Source: Lingula anatina (Eukaryota > Animalia > Brachiopoda). Taken from it: a stretch of 64,000 nt of DNA. The translations under genes were made by a program, and so were the position numbers. Each line of letters starts with the position of its first letter. Positions within the stretch are counted from its first letter, which is position 1. Below, in pieces: positions 27,650-41,500 of this stretch. The DNA is taken from assembly GCA_051362555.1 (NCBI GenBank), contig CM120646.1, forward strand, positions 11,780,001 through 11,844,000. The letters run 5' to 3'. The notes below the pieces were generated by a model. The model worked only from the letters and a program-made list of their open reading frames with translations. It was not told the DNA's origin and searched no databases.

Positions 27650-30600
27650 TAAGGCATTAGGTGGTGGGGGTGCATATGTCTCTTGGATAGAGGCTATTCA
27701 CTGGGCTAGCCTAGCTCATTCGCCGGTCATGATGCTCTGGAGAGACACCGAAATATTGAGAAGAAATCATCATCAAGGACAATTTTGGAACTGCATTAAA
27801 ACAGTTCGTATACATGTACACTGTAGTCTCAACTCTTCTGTACTTTTGCTCGAACATTTTGTACTAAGAACTTGACCCCCCCCCCCAAAAAAAAAAAAAA
27901 AAAAGAAAAAAGAAAGAAAGAAAGAAAGAAAGAAAAGAAAAAAGGTTTGCTGAGTCCTCACTTTGAAGTATATTCCCTTCATCCAAATACCATTAATTAA
28001 TTATTACTAATACAAGTGCGGACAGCATCATGAATAATCCACTTGTATATCTTTCGGACATGTACTTAAGTGCTCCCTACATAGTGCACGTTTCTTTGTG
28101 AAGCACGAGCATTAACGCCATCGTCAAAAATAAAAAGACTGTTTTGTTTGATGCGGTATTTATGATCCCTCGTAGATCGGGTGGATTACAGTGTCGCAAA
28201 ATATGTCCATAATATCCGGGCGTAAAAGTACATGTTTTAACATGTGCATTTTAAAAAACACAGACATAATTTTACATTAAGAGGCTACGCATCGGGACTT
28301 CATTTTGTCTTTGAACTTATATTTTCGTTTTATCCTGTGGTTACATTAAAAAGCAAGGTATTTCGTATTGACGAGATTAAACTTTCTTCCCAAACCCCAA
28401 TAAAAATACGTTTTACGCGATGGCTTATAATTTTGCTTCACTTGTAGAAAAGCTTAGATCCACATTATCATCTGTCAATACATCCACGAATGTCTAACAG
28501 CAAAACTTCAATAAACCACATAAAAAATTTCGATAGTCTTAGATCTCTATTGCACAAAAAAAGTGAAAAAAATCCTAACGACATGTAAAAGCCTTAAAAA
28601 ATTATTTTTTCACTCTGTTAAAATACCCTTAATGCGAAGTGAGACTTCAAGGAATGCATATAATCGTTACCTCGCTTGATACCGGTTTAAAGACTTTGCG
28701 CCATGTAAAACATAAAACTCTTTATATATCCTCTTGATAAGAGGGCATCGCATACAACTTAATGTCTGAGTCCACATCTGGATTTGTGTTATTGAAATAG
28801 ATAATGTTAGATGGTGTTTAGACTATCATGATAAATTTTTACTACGAGATGAAAAGAAGACAGACCTGACGATACATGATAATCAGTGACTATTTCCCTG
28901 TGCACCACATATATTCATGAAATTCTCAACCTCTGTATAATAAATGAAAAAGCAATCAGAATTGAAAAGCAGAAAAAATGCAAAAAATATCTTCAGAAAC
29001 TTTTTGATAAAGCAACATAAATAGATAAATAAATGACGGTATACAGGTAGTAGGACGAAGTAAATAGAATTAAACTATTTCAAAATAATTATATTGATAT
29101 GAAGTTTGAACATTCCATCTGCCTTAATTAGCACGATCGCCAGCTGTGTGTGTCGTATCTACCTCATTAGCTTTACGGTCAGTTTTAGTAAGATTAAGTT
29201 AATACGTCCTTCCATGAATTGATTCATTCATGCTCGCTCTATTATACATCGCATCTTACATATCTAAATCCTCCGCCATTCACGAGAAAGCGAGACCGTG
29301 GTTTAATGATGCCTTTCTTTTTTATCTCGCGATCGACAATTACAAATTTGAGATCAGCGGCTGGCGATAGTTATTTTAATTTCCAGTGAAGTGGCATCGC
29401 TTAAATTGTTTCAACCACAGTCCCTTTGATTGTATCTATTAATACGGACCGACTTAAACCGTGCCCTGAATTGCACCGCAGACTATTAATTCGGGTCGAT
29501 CATATCATCGTCTCTTTGATAGTATCTGTTAATTCTAGGCTTTGCTTGATTTGGTTATAATGGACTCATTGTTTTAACATCTGCACGTGTAACCTCGTGC
29601 CGAATCTAGATTTTCTGATATCACTCCGCAGTTTATGGTTTTAGTTGGAAATGAGGTAACGCGTCATGTCGCTTAATTAAGGTCTTTTTGGTACCAGGTA
29701 GCGTTGACATTCAGATGGCATGGCACAACTGTTGCTGTCGAGATCTGCTCCTTCTGTTAAGTGTTTTCATCTATGATCGTTTATACTCTTAACAATTTGT
29801 TAAAAAAATTTTTTAATCATTTGTCTATTTTTATTTTTGACGTTATCATCTTCGTCGCATTTTTATCATAAAATGGCTATACAAACAGGATTTAGATCAG
29901 AGAAAAAAAGACACGAAACAGACGATTGTTACTGTTTCTTTGTTTTCTAGAGGTATAATGCCACCACGTGCCAGTCTGAAAATGAAGACCGCTTTGTTAA
30001 CTCGACGTAAGATGAGTCAACAATTACATGCATTCCTTACATTTTTACTTCGCGAACGCAACCCAACGTTGGGCATTAATTAATTAAACAGAAAATACCA
30101 CCATTTAAGGCAATGGCAATCATGTATACTGTCTCTGTATTTTGAATTTAAATTTGAATTTTTCTTCCACGTATTTCTGTGTTAGAAGCTTAAAGACATC
30201 ATTTTAGCCAAAACAAATAAAACGCCTTTTTCTTCACAAAATAACATCTTTTTTTATTTACAAAGAAAAACGTGTGTAATACATTATTTACAGATCTTGT
30301 ATATACAGGGTCCTTTGATGAATATTATACAAGAAATAATGGACCATTTTTAAATATATGCACAAAATGGGAAACTTTGCCTCAGGTACACGACAAAATC
30401 ACGATCTCATAATAATCTCATTTAAGCTACTACAACTATCACGCTAATCAATCTAAATCACCCAAACAGGCACTATTCCTAACATACTGTTAACTAATAA
30501 CATGGGAATCTGAGTTTCAATTTCAGGTACGTTTTAAATACAAGTCTATTTAACTAATACGAGCATTTACCGCTAAGCTATCGCTATTGCTAATTCTACA

Positions 30601-31940
30601 GCAACCGTTGCGTCAATACAGTAAGTAATATCTATAAAGCATTGCACACGGACATTGGCACTGGCGGACACTGAATGAGAACATAACTGGTACAAATACA
30701 AACTCTAAACTACTTACATGCGCTAGTGTTGCTACACTACATTTCACTACCATGGAATAACTGTTATAATTGACTCTAAATGTGTTTTGATTGTAGAATT
30801 GTCACTGCTACTATTTTATATTTATTCTTCAGTTGATTGTAAGAATGAGAGTCATTGTGTTTCATTGTTTGGGAGCCAAGTAAAATTCGTGGAAAGAGGT
30901 GGTTGATTTTTTTTTATCGTAGGCTACTATTGACTGTACATAGTAAGTGCTACGTATTCCAAATGTTATTGCAACTGTTACTGTAATCGCTAATTTCAAA
31001 ATAAAATTCTGTTTAAATTCTACTTTACCTGTTTCCTCTACACTCAATGTCGTGCTATTATTGGAATTATAACTCTTATTCTAATGAACGATGCTGCTAC
31101 TGCTGCCGATGGTGTTAATGCAAGTGCAACCATTGTTACTGGCAATGGCATTTCAACTGTGTAGTACTGTTATCACCGGTAGTACTGTTATCACTGCTAC
31201 TACTAATGTAAGGTCATCACAAAGTTATACTAGTATTACTGCTACTGCTGGTGCAAAAGTTAAAAGTTAATGGTGCAACTAACACTAAACTCACTATACA
31301 CGTTGGCAACGGGTTACATGGCTCAGGCCTAGTTAATATCAATCTAATGGACGGAAATCTAAAACGGTAGCGCACTCATGTGAAACACAGTGAACATTTA
31401 GCTTTCACTCAAGACCTAATCTTTTTCGACTTTTACGACATTTAAAAAAGGCTAGGATGTAACCTGTCACGTCAGTGATTGCCCCTAAATAGAATTAATG
31501 TGGCAATTAACACCCTTTTTTCTGCCTAAAATGTTCGAGCGTTACTGTATTAAGTTAGCTTATCTTTTAAACAAATTAGGTTTAGGAAAGCTATAAAGAA
31601 CGAAACGACAGCGAAGGTCATATTTCCCCTTTCACAAAGGCCGCTGTCATATTTGTTCCAATATGTATATACAATACTTATAAAGTATAAATATGTAATA
31701 TTTTCAAATATTTACAATAAATTGACTAATTATTTTTTTACCCAACATGGCGTATTGCTAGTTTTAGGGGTAATAATAATTTTTAAAAAATGCTGAAATG
31801 ATAACAAAAATTGAAGTTAATATAGTTCTTAAATTACTTGATTCATCGATGACAGCTTGGCATCAATTGTCACGGCATAGTGACGTCATACTACAGTGGT
31901 ATGATGACGTAACTCGACCTGTCTATAATTATCTCTCCGT

Positions 31941-33843
31941 TCACTCCATTGATTCCAAGGGCATGGTGGAATGGTTATAAAGCCCCTGCGCCATCAGTTG
32001 CAATGCCAGACCATTCCTCTTCCCTATACTCTTTTTCAGCTTGGCTCGCTTGTTCTGGAACCATATTTTGATTTGGGATTCGCTAAGGTTTAAGTCCTCC
32101 GATAGTTGTCGGCGTCTCTGCTCCGTCAGATAGCGATTGATTTCGAACTCCTGTCGCAGTCTTTGCAATTGTTCCGTAGAGAAGGCTGTTCTTGGTCGTT
32201 TTTCGGCTTCGGCGTCTTTTGTTTTTCGGATTTTTCTCGACCTTGGGCCTATGAAAACAGACATAAATACAATGAATATTTTTTTATTTCATACGGATTT
32301 AACTTTAAATATCTACCGCTAAACATTCACTTAAGATTATCACCCTTGGTGGCATTAACGGTATAAATCAATGACATACAGATGTATAATATTTGAACAA
32401 TAATAATACAGTTTTTTGGGTGTCAAAATTAAGATGAAAAAAATATTGAATATAAAAAAGAATTTGTCAGGGACCTTTGAGAATTCCCTGCATCACGTTT
32501 GTGACTTAAATGAGACATCAACTTTCACTTAACAGAAACTACTTAAACGTAGTTTGATGGTTTTTAAACGAGAAAACCTAGGCAGTAATTGAAGGCGCGA
32601 CAGGCCGTGTGTGAGCGGGGTTGCCGTAAATATTTAATGACTGGTCATAAATTTTTTTCACGAAAATCTCACAATCCGCTCGGTAATATTTTGATCGCTT
32701 TTCGAGCAACCCACATATCTAACGCGCTTATAAATTGGGTTTGGCTGTCCTTGATCTTGTTGATATATTTTATTGCTTACAGTGCTTTAGTGTTAAAAAG
32801 TAAAGATTTAAAATAATAGATTTAAAAATACAGATATAAAAATGAATGAAGCACAAACGGTAAATTTTGATTACTGACATTTCAAACCGTGAGAAAACAA
32901 GGGAATATAGATATATAACGCTAATAGTACAATACAAGCCATGTTCAAATAACGCGTCTTATTCTGCTTGATGTTTCGTGTTGAAATTAATAACAATAAA
33001 TTATGCAAGACATCCATTATAGAAATATCTAACATATATAAAGACATAGACGTAAATTGTTTTTGTTCCCTGCTTGTTTGCCTCTTTACTTGCACATTTT
33101 AAGTGTTCCGCAACCACATGCATTCTTTTTACTCTTGGATCATAACAGTAGTTATTTTAAATGAATCAAATTCAAATCACGGTTTCAGACATTATCACAC
33201 ATTTCTTGATTGCATATGTAAGTTCCCACGGTTCGTTATTTCATTGGCCAAATACTTAAACCGAGTTACGGTTCTTATAATTTAAAACTAGTTTTCCGCC
33301 ATTTTTTTTTTCGTTCGGTTTCCGTACTTTTCATGTCTCAAACAATTATAAACATTATTCTGTTATAAACTTACCGGCTGATGGCCTATCGGAGTAACGC
33401 GTGCAGAAAACCCAAGCTGGCCAAAGATTTTCTTGAGGCGTCTTAGTCCCTGTGTCTGGTAGTCGCGTGTCAGGAGAAGTGGCGGATTCCCTCAACGGCG
33501 ACGTGGAAATACCGTCCAAACCGCCTTCCTGTTTCACGAAGGATGGATATGAGTAGAACTGTGCCTTTTGCTCTCGCTTCGCCCCAAAGTCCGGTCGTAG
33601 AATGTCTCTTATGAAAAAACTTCTGCACGAGGATGTGGTAGACCCTACGGGCCTTTGCAGCGGAGGTGAGCCCCTGGCGTCCGAGAACGGGGTTTGGGAG
33701 CGTGAACTTAGGGAGGTGGGGCTCCGACAGCCGTCGTACCGCTCGCTCTCTAGAGACCCCTCGCTTCCATCGGAGGATAAACTCTGAGATCGAAATCGTT
33801 GCGAAGAGATCGCTAGTCTGTCTATTGAGAAAAGTGCCGACAT
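31941..33843 (-). CDS. en: Engrailed homeobox protein, paralog B, complete, 2 exons (33843-33375, 32248-31941), 258 aa
   Basis: Exon 1 has EH1 ([13 protein letters not shown]) and EH2 ([17 protein letters not shown]) and ends at G|GTAAG. Exon 2 follows tttcatAG and reads [36 protein letters not shown]. Phases match (469+308 nt). Confidence 0.97.
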
Positions 33844-33904
33844 AGTACGTGAGGGTATGCCTCTCCTAGTATTATGAAATCCGCCGTCGTGCTTCGCCGC
33901 AAAT

Positions 33905-34175
33905 GTTTCACTATTACCTTCAGTCTGAGTCCCAGCCTTATATACCAGTCCCCGTGCTAATGAACTGAATTAACGAGATCGTTTAGCACTCGGGTGATTA
34001 AAAGATAAGTGACTAGGGATCAAAAGATACGCATGCAAATTTTATGTGATCCACTTAACACTGTACGTATCATCTGATATAGCCCCGACGAACAGAACTG
34101 CCGAATGGACCAATCAAAAGGCGCGGATGTGACCCTTGCGTAACGTCACCAAGGTCGGGAGCCAATCATTGGTCA
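33905..34175 (-). promoter_or_regulatory. Core and proximal promoter of engrailed B
   Basis: TATATAA on - at 33944-33938, about 95 nt before the ATG; octamer ATGCAAAT at 34033-34040; CCAAT motifs near 34110 and 34162-34172. Confidence 0.6.
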
Positions 34176-36849
34176 GGGTCAACTACGTTTTCATACTGCA
34201 CGCGAGAAAAGTCGTTCTCGCGGGCCGGCGATTTATCAAGGCCGATGCCTCTTTGATCTTGGACATTAACCTTAAGAATGAGATTGTGCCGTTATTAGGG
34301 GTGACAGGGACCAAACGGACTGTAACAGACACGCGCGACAACGTTTATTTATCTATTTGAAAATGAATATGTTGCTTTTACAATATGCCATTGTTTTACA
34401 GGCCCTTAGTGCTTGTGATTGCTTTCAAAAAGACGCAAAGGGGAAATGATCATAAAAATGAAACAGCTAGTCCCAAATTTTCATGCGACACCTTACTAAC
34501 ACATACAATAATGCCCTAATGATTTCTTTTTTACTTTGCTTACCAGTAGGCCTATTTAATGAGATTTTAGGGGTTATACAGACGAACAGGCGTTTACATT
34601 TTTGTCAAAAATATATAATTTATTTAAGATGATTTAACACCATGCACAAAATGAATTGCAACGATAATTAAATAAGATACGACAATTACAAAGAATACGA
34701 AGACATTTTGATGGGGAAAACGCCACAACGTCAAAAACGTCGATAGATATAGCAATAATTGTTTCTTCCTTTCAAAACCAATAGATAAATATTTCACATT
34801 TTAAGGTCTTATATATAGCCATAAGAAGGTGTGGCTTCGGTGAATCACTAGAAAAGTCCTTTTTCACGAGTGCTAACATGCGCCTAGCTGAATAGCGTAA
34901 AAGTTTTATCAAGATGATGATGAATATTAAATTTTTTATCAAGATGATGGCGAATATTGGTCAGATGGTTTGATAATTCTAAAAATCAAATATAATACAG
35001 ACATTTATGAAAAATAACTATACAGCTATCCAACTTTCGAAAGCGTCAAAAAATCCATAAATCAGCAAACTGAATCTCCAAATACCTACGTGGAGGCGGT
35101 TCACTGCACCGAAGTATTTTTGTCACCAGCAAAGCACGCACTCCGTGACACTTGGACCCCCCCCCCCTCCCCCTTCTGTCATTGGCACTTAATTGTTACG
35201 TTAAATGGAGCACCGTCGGGTAAATTGTCCTCTGATGAAGGCGTTATCTCAAATACGGACTATCCCCGGCACTTAACCCAAGCCGACAGCGGACATTAAT
35301 GGATTGGAACACGATTTGCAGTGTCTAATGATCGTACTGTCCGCTCTGCAACTGGTTGTCCAAGGTGCAATTAACTCGGCACACGCAAGCAGCGTGCATT
35401 AGCGACAATCAGCCCCCGGGACAGTAACAATCGAGATTCTGTTTCAGCAACGCCGGCCTCCATCAAGGGACGCTGAAGCCAAGATAGTTGCGCTCATTAC
35501 ATATCGTTTAAGGCTTGTAAAACTAAGTGCTATTGCTGCCTGGTCACCGTTGAAGTGGACTTCTTGTTCATGAAGTTGTACTCAAAGACACATTTGAAAA
35601 GAGTGCAACGGGTGCATCGTAACTTGCGTTGGAATTCACGTTGCAATCGGAATGTTCTAAATTATTGCAAGGCCGAGGGAATAAATTTTATGCCCTTATT
35701 TTATGCATGTTCGTTGTTTTTTGTCTTTGAGCTGGGAATTTAAGATATTGTTAAGAATACATTTTGTTTTTAATCAGCTTTTATAATTTTTTTTTTTTTT
35801 TTTTGCTTATTCTTCTGCTTAAGTCAAAATTTATCTCTTTGACAGATTCATTCAAACGTTTTTAGTCAAGGCATATTTTAGGGCAAATAAAATAGCATGG
35901 AAGAATGGAATATTCTGTAAGCATCTCCTTTGTTCTTAAAACAATCTTTCGACTTAAAATTTCATTTATGTTAGCAATAATTCATTTCGTAAAATATCTT
36001 TAATAATTTATTCGTGCACAATACCAATTTATAATTTGATTAAAAGAAAAGTAAATAAAAAATGCATTAAGAAAAAAATGATGCACCCCCAAATTAGCAG
36101 TTGATTCTCTTCTTTTAATGTATAATTACAAGGAATGATACCAAACCACGTTCTGTATTTCTGGAGGAAAGGGGGAAATGTGGAAGATGACGCTGAAAGA
36201 TGCTGAATGATAATGGCAGTAGCGCAATCCAATGAATTAATCAAACTGCTCGATGATTTTGACCAAACCCATTTTTTGCCTTCGTGGAGTTTTATTTCTT
36301 GTTCTTGCTTCCTATTATTAGATTGGTCGTAGAATTAGGAATGGAAACGAGCACATTAACTGGCGGCGTCCTCAACTGCATGTTTGTATGGCTCAATTAG
36401 GTAATATTATCTCCATCTAATAAAAGACTCGTCAGAAGAAAGGGCGATATCGCAGCATTTACTAGGAAACACTTCTGTATATCATTACTGAATAATAAAT
36501 TGTCTAATTAATTAACCATAACTGAAACTTTATCATCCTCATCAACATTTTCTGTTTAAATAATTGGAAAACAAAGGTATTTGAAATTCAAAGTGCGTCT
36601 TATGATAACGATCGCAAATACAGAGCGAAAAGGAGAATTAATGGAAATAAACACAGAAAACTTTCATTTTAACCTTGAGTCAGCATGAACCTTTGGTTTA
36701 AAACAATGGAGACGCTTGCGTAATCATAGCTATCCAATTAATGACGTTGGAAGTTTAAAGTTTTATGTATCAAAATAATGTGTTGCAATGCTGACTGGAT
36801 AGGAGCGATATTTCTGCACAAAAACAATGTGCTGGAAGCTTTAAAAAAT

Positions 36850-36853
<4 letters not shown>

Positions 36854-36890
<37 letters not shown>
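36854..36890. repeat. (CT)n(GT)n microsatellite
   Basis: Read directly. Confidence 0.9.
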
Positions 36891-36891
<1 letters not shown>

Positions 36892-38517
36892 ATTGTTAGT
36901 CAAATACATAAACGTACGCAAGCAGCATGCAGAGAGCATGTGCGTGCACGTACAAGTGCGTACACCTGCGAGTGAGCCTTCAAGAATGCTTGTACTCGCG
37001 CATGTACACCGCTGTGCCAAAGAGACAGAATTGCCATTCAAGGAACAATTTTTCGGGATCCCTGGTACAAAACGCCACTACCGTGACCAACACCATCACG
37101 AGCAACACCGCTAAACAATCCCCTCTTCAAATAACACTTAATTGCCAAACAGCCCCCATTTAACACAGGGACATGACAACGCAGTCGCGTGCCACGTAAA
37201 ATGACACGCGGAACACCTGATTTTAATTGGCTTTAATCGCCCGTCGGCCAGATAACCGACGCGTCGGATCTGATGTATATTCTTTGGTAGAGCCGAGTGC
37301 GACCAGCCTTGATAACAAATTGAATCAATTGTAATGTGGTCAGGTAGATGAACTTGTCCAGCGTGGACACTCCTGGTGACAACGAAACACACGCCTATTA
37401 CGGTCTTATTAGTCACTGGAATTGATGGCACGGGCAGGAGAATAAAACACAAAAAAAAAATAGAAGAAAAGGGAATCATTCTTGGATTAAATACCTTTTT
37501 ATTACATTCATTTTTAGTTGAAGCAATGTTTCGTGGTAGAATAAAGGGTTTTGTTGAAAATGTCTACAAAGACAACATTATTTATACTGCTGTCCCAAGC
37601 AGAGGCGCACTGAAACATGTTTCATAAGATTCGCTTTTTTATTTTTATTTATTTATTTATTTATTTATTTATTTTTTAGAGGGGTGGTTGGAGGCAAAAT
37701 ATAACGTCTTCAGTTTTTACCCCGTCATCTCCTTTGTTCTGTGCTTTCACCAGGAATAACATAAAGTCACATTTATCTCTGTGTTTCATGATTTAGTGCG
37801 AGTATTTCTATGGAGAACAAAAGACAAGTAAAAAGTATATAAAGAGAGAGATAAAGAAAATAACAAGTTATTATTACAAAGGTGTCAATCATGTGAATTT
37901 AATCTTATTCCATGCACAGAAAAAAGCAAATCATTTTACAGAATGCATGTTAAAGCTTTCTACAATTTCTTTTATTTGACGGCCACTAAACGTTCTTGTA
38001 AGATGTTGGTTTAAATCATTTTCACAAGCTCTTATCTGAAGGTGATACTATTTCATATCTAAATCTACAAACCCAAATTTTGTGCTATACTAAACTGTTT
38101 AATATAAAGACACCTTTCATTAAAATCCTAAGCAAACATTAAGTCTTGTTCCTATAGAGACAGCGTACTGGAGACAGCGTCTTCGAGGGCACATCTCGTC
38201 GACGAGGGTGATCCCAGTGTGACAGTATAATATTGCCATTGTCATCAGATATGTTGCGGACGCCGTTTGTATTAAGGAAGGTGTATGAAGAGTCTTAATC
38301 AGATGACGAGCACGCGTATTGCGAATTTTAATAAGGCGCTGATCAGTATGCACCGACGCGTCTGCAGTGAGACCCTCTCTTTCCGCGTGCCTAGATTCAT
38401 AATTTCTAATTGTTTTGTTGATAATACCGCATAAATGATAAGGCACGGCTCCACGTCTGTTTGCATACGTCACGAAATGCTTGACCAGGAGCGGTCCGAG
38501 TGTTCTGGCCCCAGTTT

Positions 38518-38569
38518 CACACACACACACACACACATACACAGACACACACACACACACACACACACA
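38518..38569. repeat. (CA)n microsatellite
   Basis: Read directly. Confidence 0.95.
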
Positions 38570-41500
38570 AAGTCAAAACTTAAGTCAGGTGCCCTGGCTA
38601 TGATCTTTGTTACCAACGTTACATGGTCACATGCACACATCTTACCCTATCAGGAAAAGTGATACAGCAATCTCATGGACACATGCGCACATCCTTAGCC
38701 AGGGAACCTGAATTAAGTTTTTTTTTTAAACAGGGGCCAGGTTTTACTAAATGTCTAAGGTCAAAGGAGTGTAACCAATACTGTATATAAGCGAAATTAG
38801 ATTCATTTCGATTCAGGATAAGTATGAGACACCAAGAAACACTATGTCCCCAAAGTCACTGATGTACATTTCATTATTGAACTATAACGTCAAAGCTTTA
38901 TTGTATTAACGCAAGTTTGAGGTAAGCACTGAGATCGGCTTAATTCATTAATTTTTAAGTCGTAGCAGGGATTGGGAAAGGGCGGGGCCGAAATCAACTG
39001 TATGGTTCGTCGTGAATTTCCCCAAAACTGTAACACGTAGAAAGCGGGTCGGCAACTGGAGATGTAAAAAAATGTATGAAATATTCTGGATTGCACTTAA
39101 CCCGTGCAGCTATGGAAAGGTTGCCGTAGCCTGACCTGTAGGTTAAAAATAGCCGTCACTATCAGACGATATTGGATGTCGAAAAACATAAGAACATTAT
39201 AACTTTTCACCAATTGTGCGGCACGCACGGCCAACTGTCAAATGTAAAGAAATGGATTTGATTTTCCACTGTACCGTACATTGACTGCACTTTAAGACAT
39301 AATGATGGAGAAGGCTTTTTGTTGTTGTCGTCAATATTCATTTTAATAATATGTTTTACCATTTATTTTATTTCATATTTGTGACAATGTGTTTGATGCA
39401 ATGTTGAGACAATACAAGACTAATTAAGCCAGTGTACATAAATTGGAATGCTGGCGAACTTCCGTTGAGATCGGTGAATTCTTTGAAATCAAAATTATAC
39501 TATTCCAAATTAAAGTTATGGGTATCTTAAACAATGCAGTCTTCTGGTGGATAAAGATGACCCTTAACTTATAAATACTAAAATTCCTCTGTTATTCATC
39601 AGTGGTTTTAAATTTTTTGCTGCATGTAGATAATGCTACACTGTTGGGTTTGATAACCTTTGTGAAACCTTGTGAGGATCAGTTCTATTAATAATTTTAA
39701 AAATTACGATGCCAAAACCCAAGGCCACCCTTAAGCTTCCTGGGTTCTACCTGTAATCTTTTTTATAAAAAAAATAAAGAATGATTTATATGTCATCTGC
39801 TGCAAAGCTGCATACCGTTCTCTGTTTATTACAGTATTATTTAATTAATTAATTAAGGTTACAGTGGAAGTAAAAGACACAGAGTAGATTTCATAAAATT
39901 GCAATTGATGAATTTTGATAAGTAAATAATTAGAGTCTGTACATTTTTTATCCACCTCTTATATATTTCAAATTGAAATATCACACCATCACCCTACTCT
40001 CCTTCTAGTATATCAAGTGCATATGTACAGTACTTTAAGCTGACGTCTTGATATCTAATTCCAATTCTCATTAATCTTGAAAACAGCAATTGAAGTTGTT
40101 AAAACACATAACTTCAATGCCATAATGTTCCGCGCGTTTCCTCGCCATAAGTCAAAATGGCCAGACCATCACAGGTGCTACGGTGAATACAGCTCGCATG
40201 TTGGAGGCCATCTTGCAGGAAGATGAAAGACGTAGAGATGGATAGAAGGATGCCTTGTACCCTTTGATCAGAACGGTGACAAAATAGTGCAAGTCATTCT
40301 TCGTGAGACTCTGGGTTCAGCCGGTGCTGCAACAACACGAGCATGGAACTGTTATTTGTTACAGTACTGTGTGTGCCGTAATCAGTCGCGCCCTCATTTT
40401 TTTCTTTTGGTATTTTTCCCCTTATCCATCGATCTATTTTTTCTGTTTCTCATCTCTTTTTTTTTTTTTACTTTAATTTACGTTTCTTTTTTTACTTTGA
40501 TTTACGTTAATATATTCTATGATTTCTGCATCTATTTATACATTTGTTCATTCGTTCACTTCTTTATCTATCAAGCATTCATTCAATTTATTTACTTGAA
40601 TAATCTATAGCGGATGAGGCGGGGCGCAGGAAAAACATGGAAGTAGTAGGAATAAATTATCTAAATGTATTTCGGATCTGGTACATGTATTTGACTTCAT
40701 TTCCTTGGGAGGCAAATGTTGACATCTCAACCTTGTTACAAAGTTATTTAACAAAGATATAAAGGTATAACTGTAACCGGATATAAAGAATTTAACAAAT
40801 GGCAACAAGCACAGAAAATTGGATGACAGGATATGGTGAGGAAGAGGCAGGGTGGAAGCTATCTTTTAAGGGTTACTAATTGTGTTCAAGTGCACGAATA
40901 AAACATCAGGGGCGTTTGAAAATAAGAAAAGAGAAAATAGGATCCTGCTCAACGAAATAACTTTTTCAATAATCCAGTATTTTTTTTTACTTTAATTTAA
41001 AGTTGATTGTTGTTCACTTATTTATTCAAACACCAAAATTTTTAGTATATTTGGATCCTTAAAAGAGTTCCATACTTTATTATTTTCTTTAAATCAAGGC
41101 CTTAGAGGTTGTATAACAATGGTAGCGACAGGACGTCACAGGCACTGTCAGCAGTAACAAATTAGTACGTCACCAGTATGTCAGGTAATTTACCGTGCTT
41201 GTGAAGCACTCGGTTTGCATGGTCTCCATGAAATAAGACGAACGACAGTGCAGTGTCGTGCAGCTGAGAAGAAAAATGTTTTCTTAAGAAGTGATGTTGT
41301 ATGTTGATACAGAGCTGATAACCTTAACCATTTCTTTTTTAATCTTTATGCTATTAAAAGAAAACGTTAGCGTGAACAGATTTCAGCTGAGAACTTACTT
41401 GTATGTCTCTGTAGTTGTAAAATGATATGTGCAGTTTTCAGAGGCGTGACGTGATATGTTGGCATTCAGACAATACATTGTCTTTTATTTTTGTTTTGAC

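Noticed and set aside
30550-31300. ACT/GCT-rich periodic-looking stretch downstream of engrailed B
   Set aside because: Degenerate low-complexity sequence with no stable unit or ORF.
32249-33374. invected-type RS micro-exon in the engrailed B intron
   Set aside because: None seen by eye and the two exons join in frame without it; RNA-seq would be needed to exclude it.
34903-34950. TTTTATCAAGATGATG duplicated locally and present again near 56645
   Set aside because: Short AT-rich word; the local tandem duplication plus one distant match is insufficient evidence of function.
40130-40610. GC-richer, coding-looking patch and hydrophobic 107-aa ORF
   Set aside because: No recognisable protein in the frames I read; hydrophobicity comes from T-rich low-complexity DNA.
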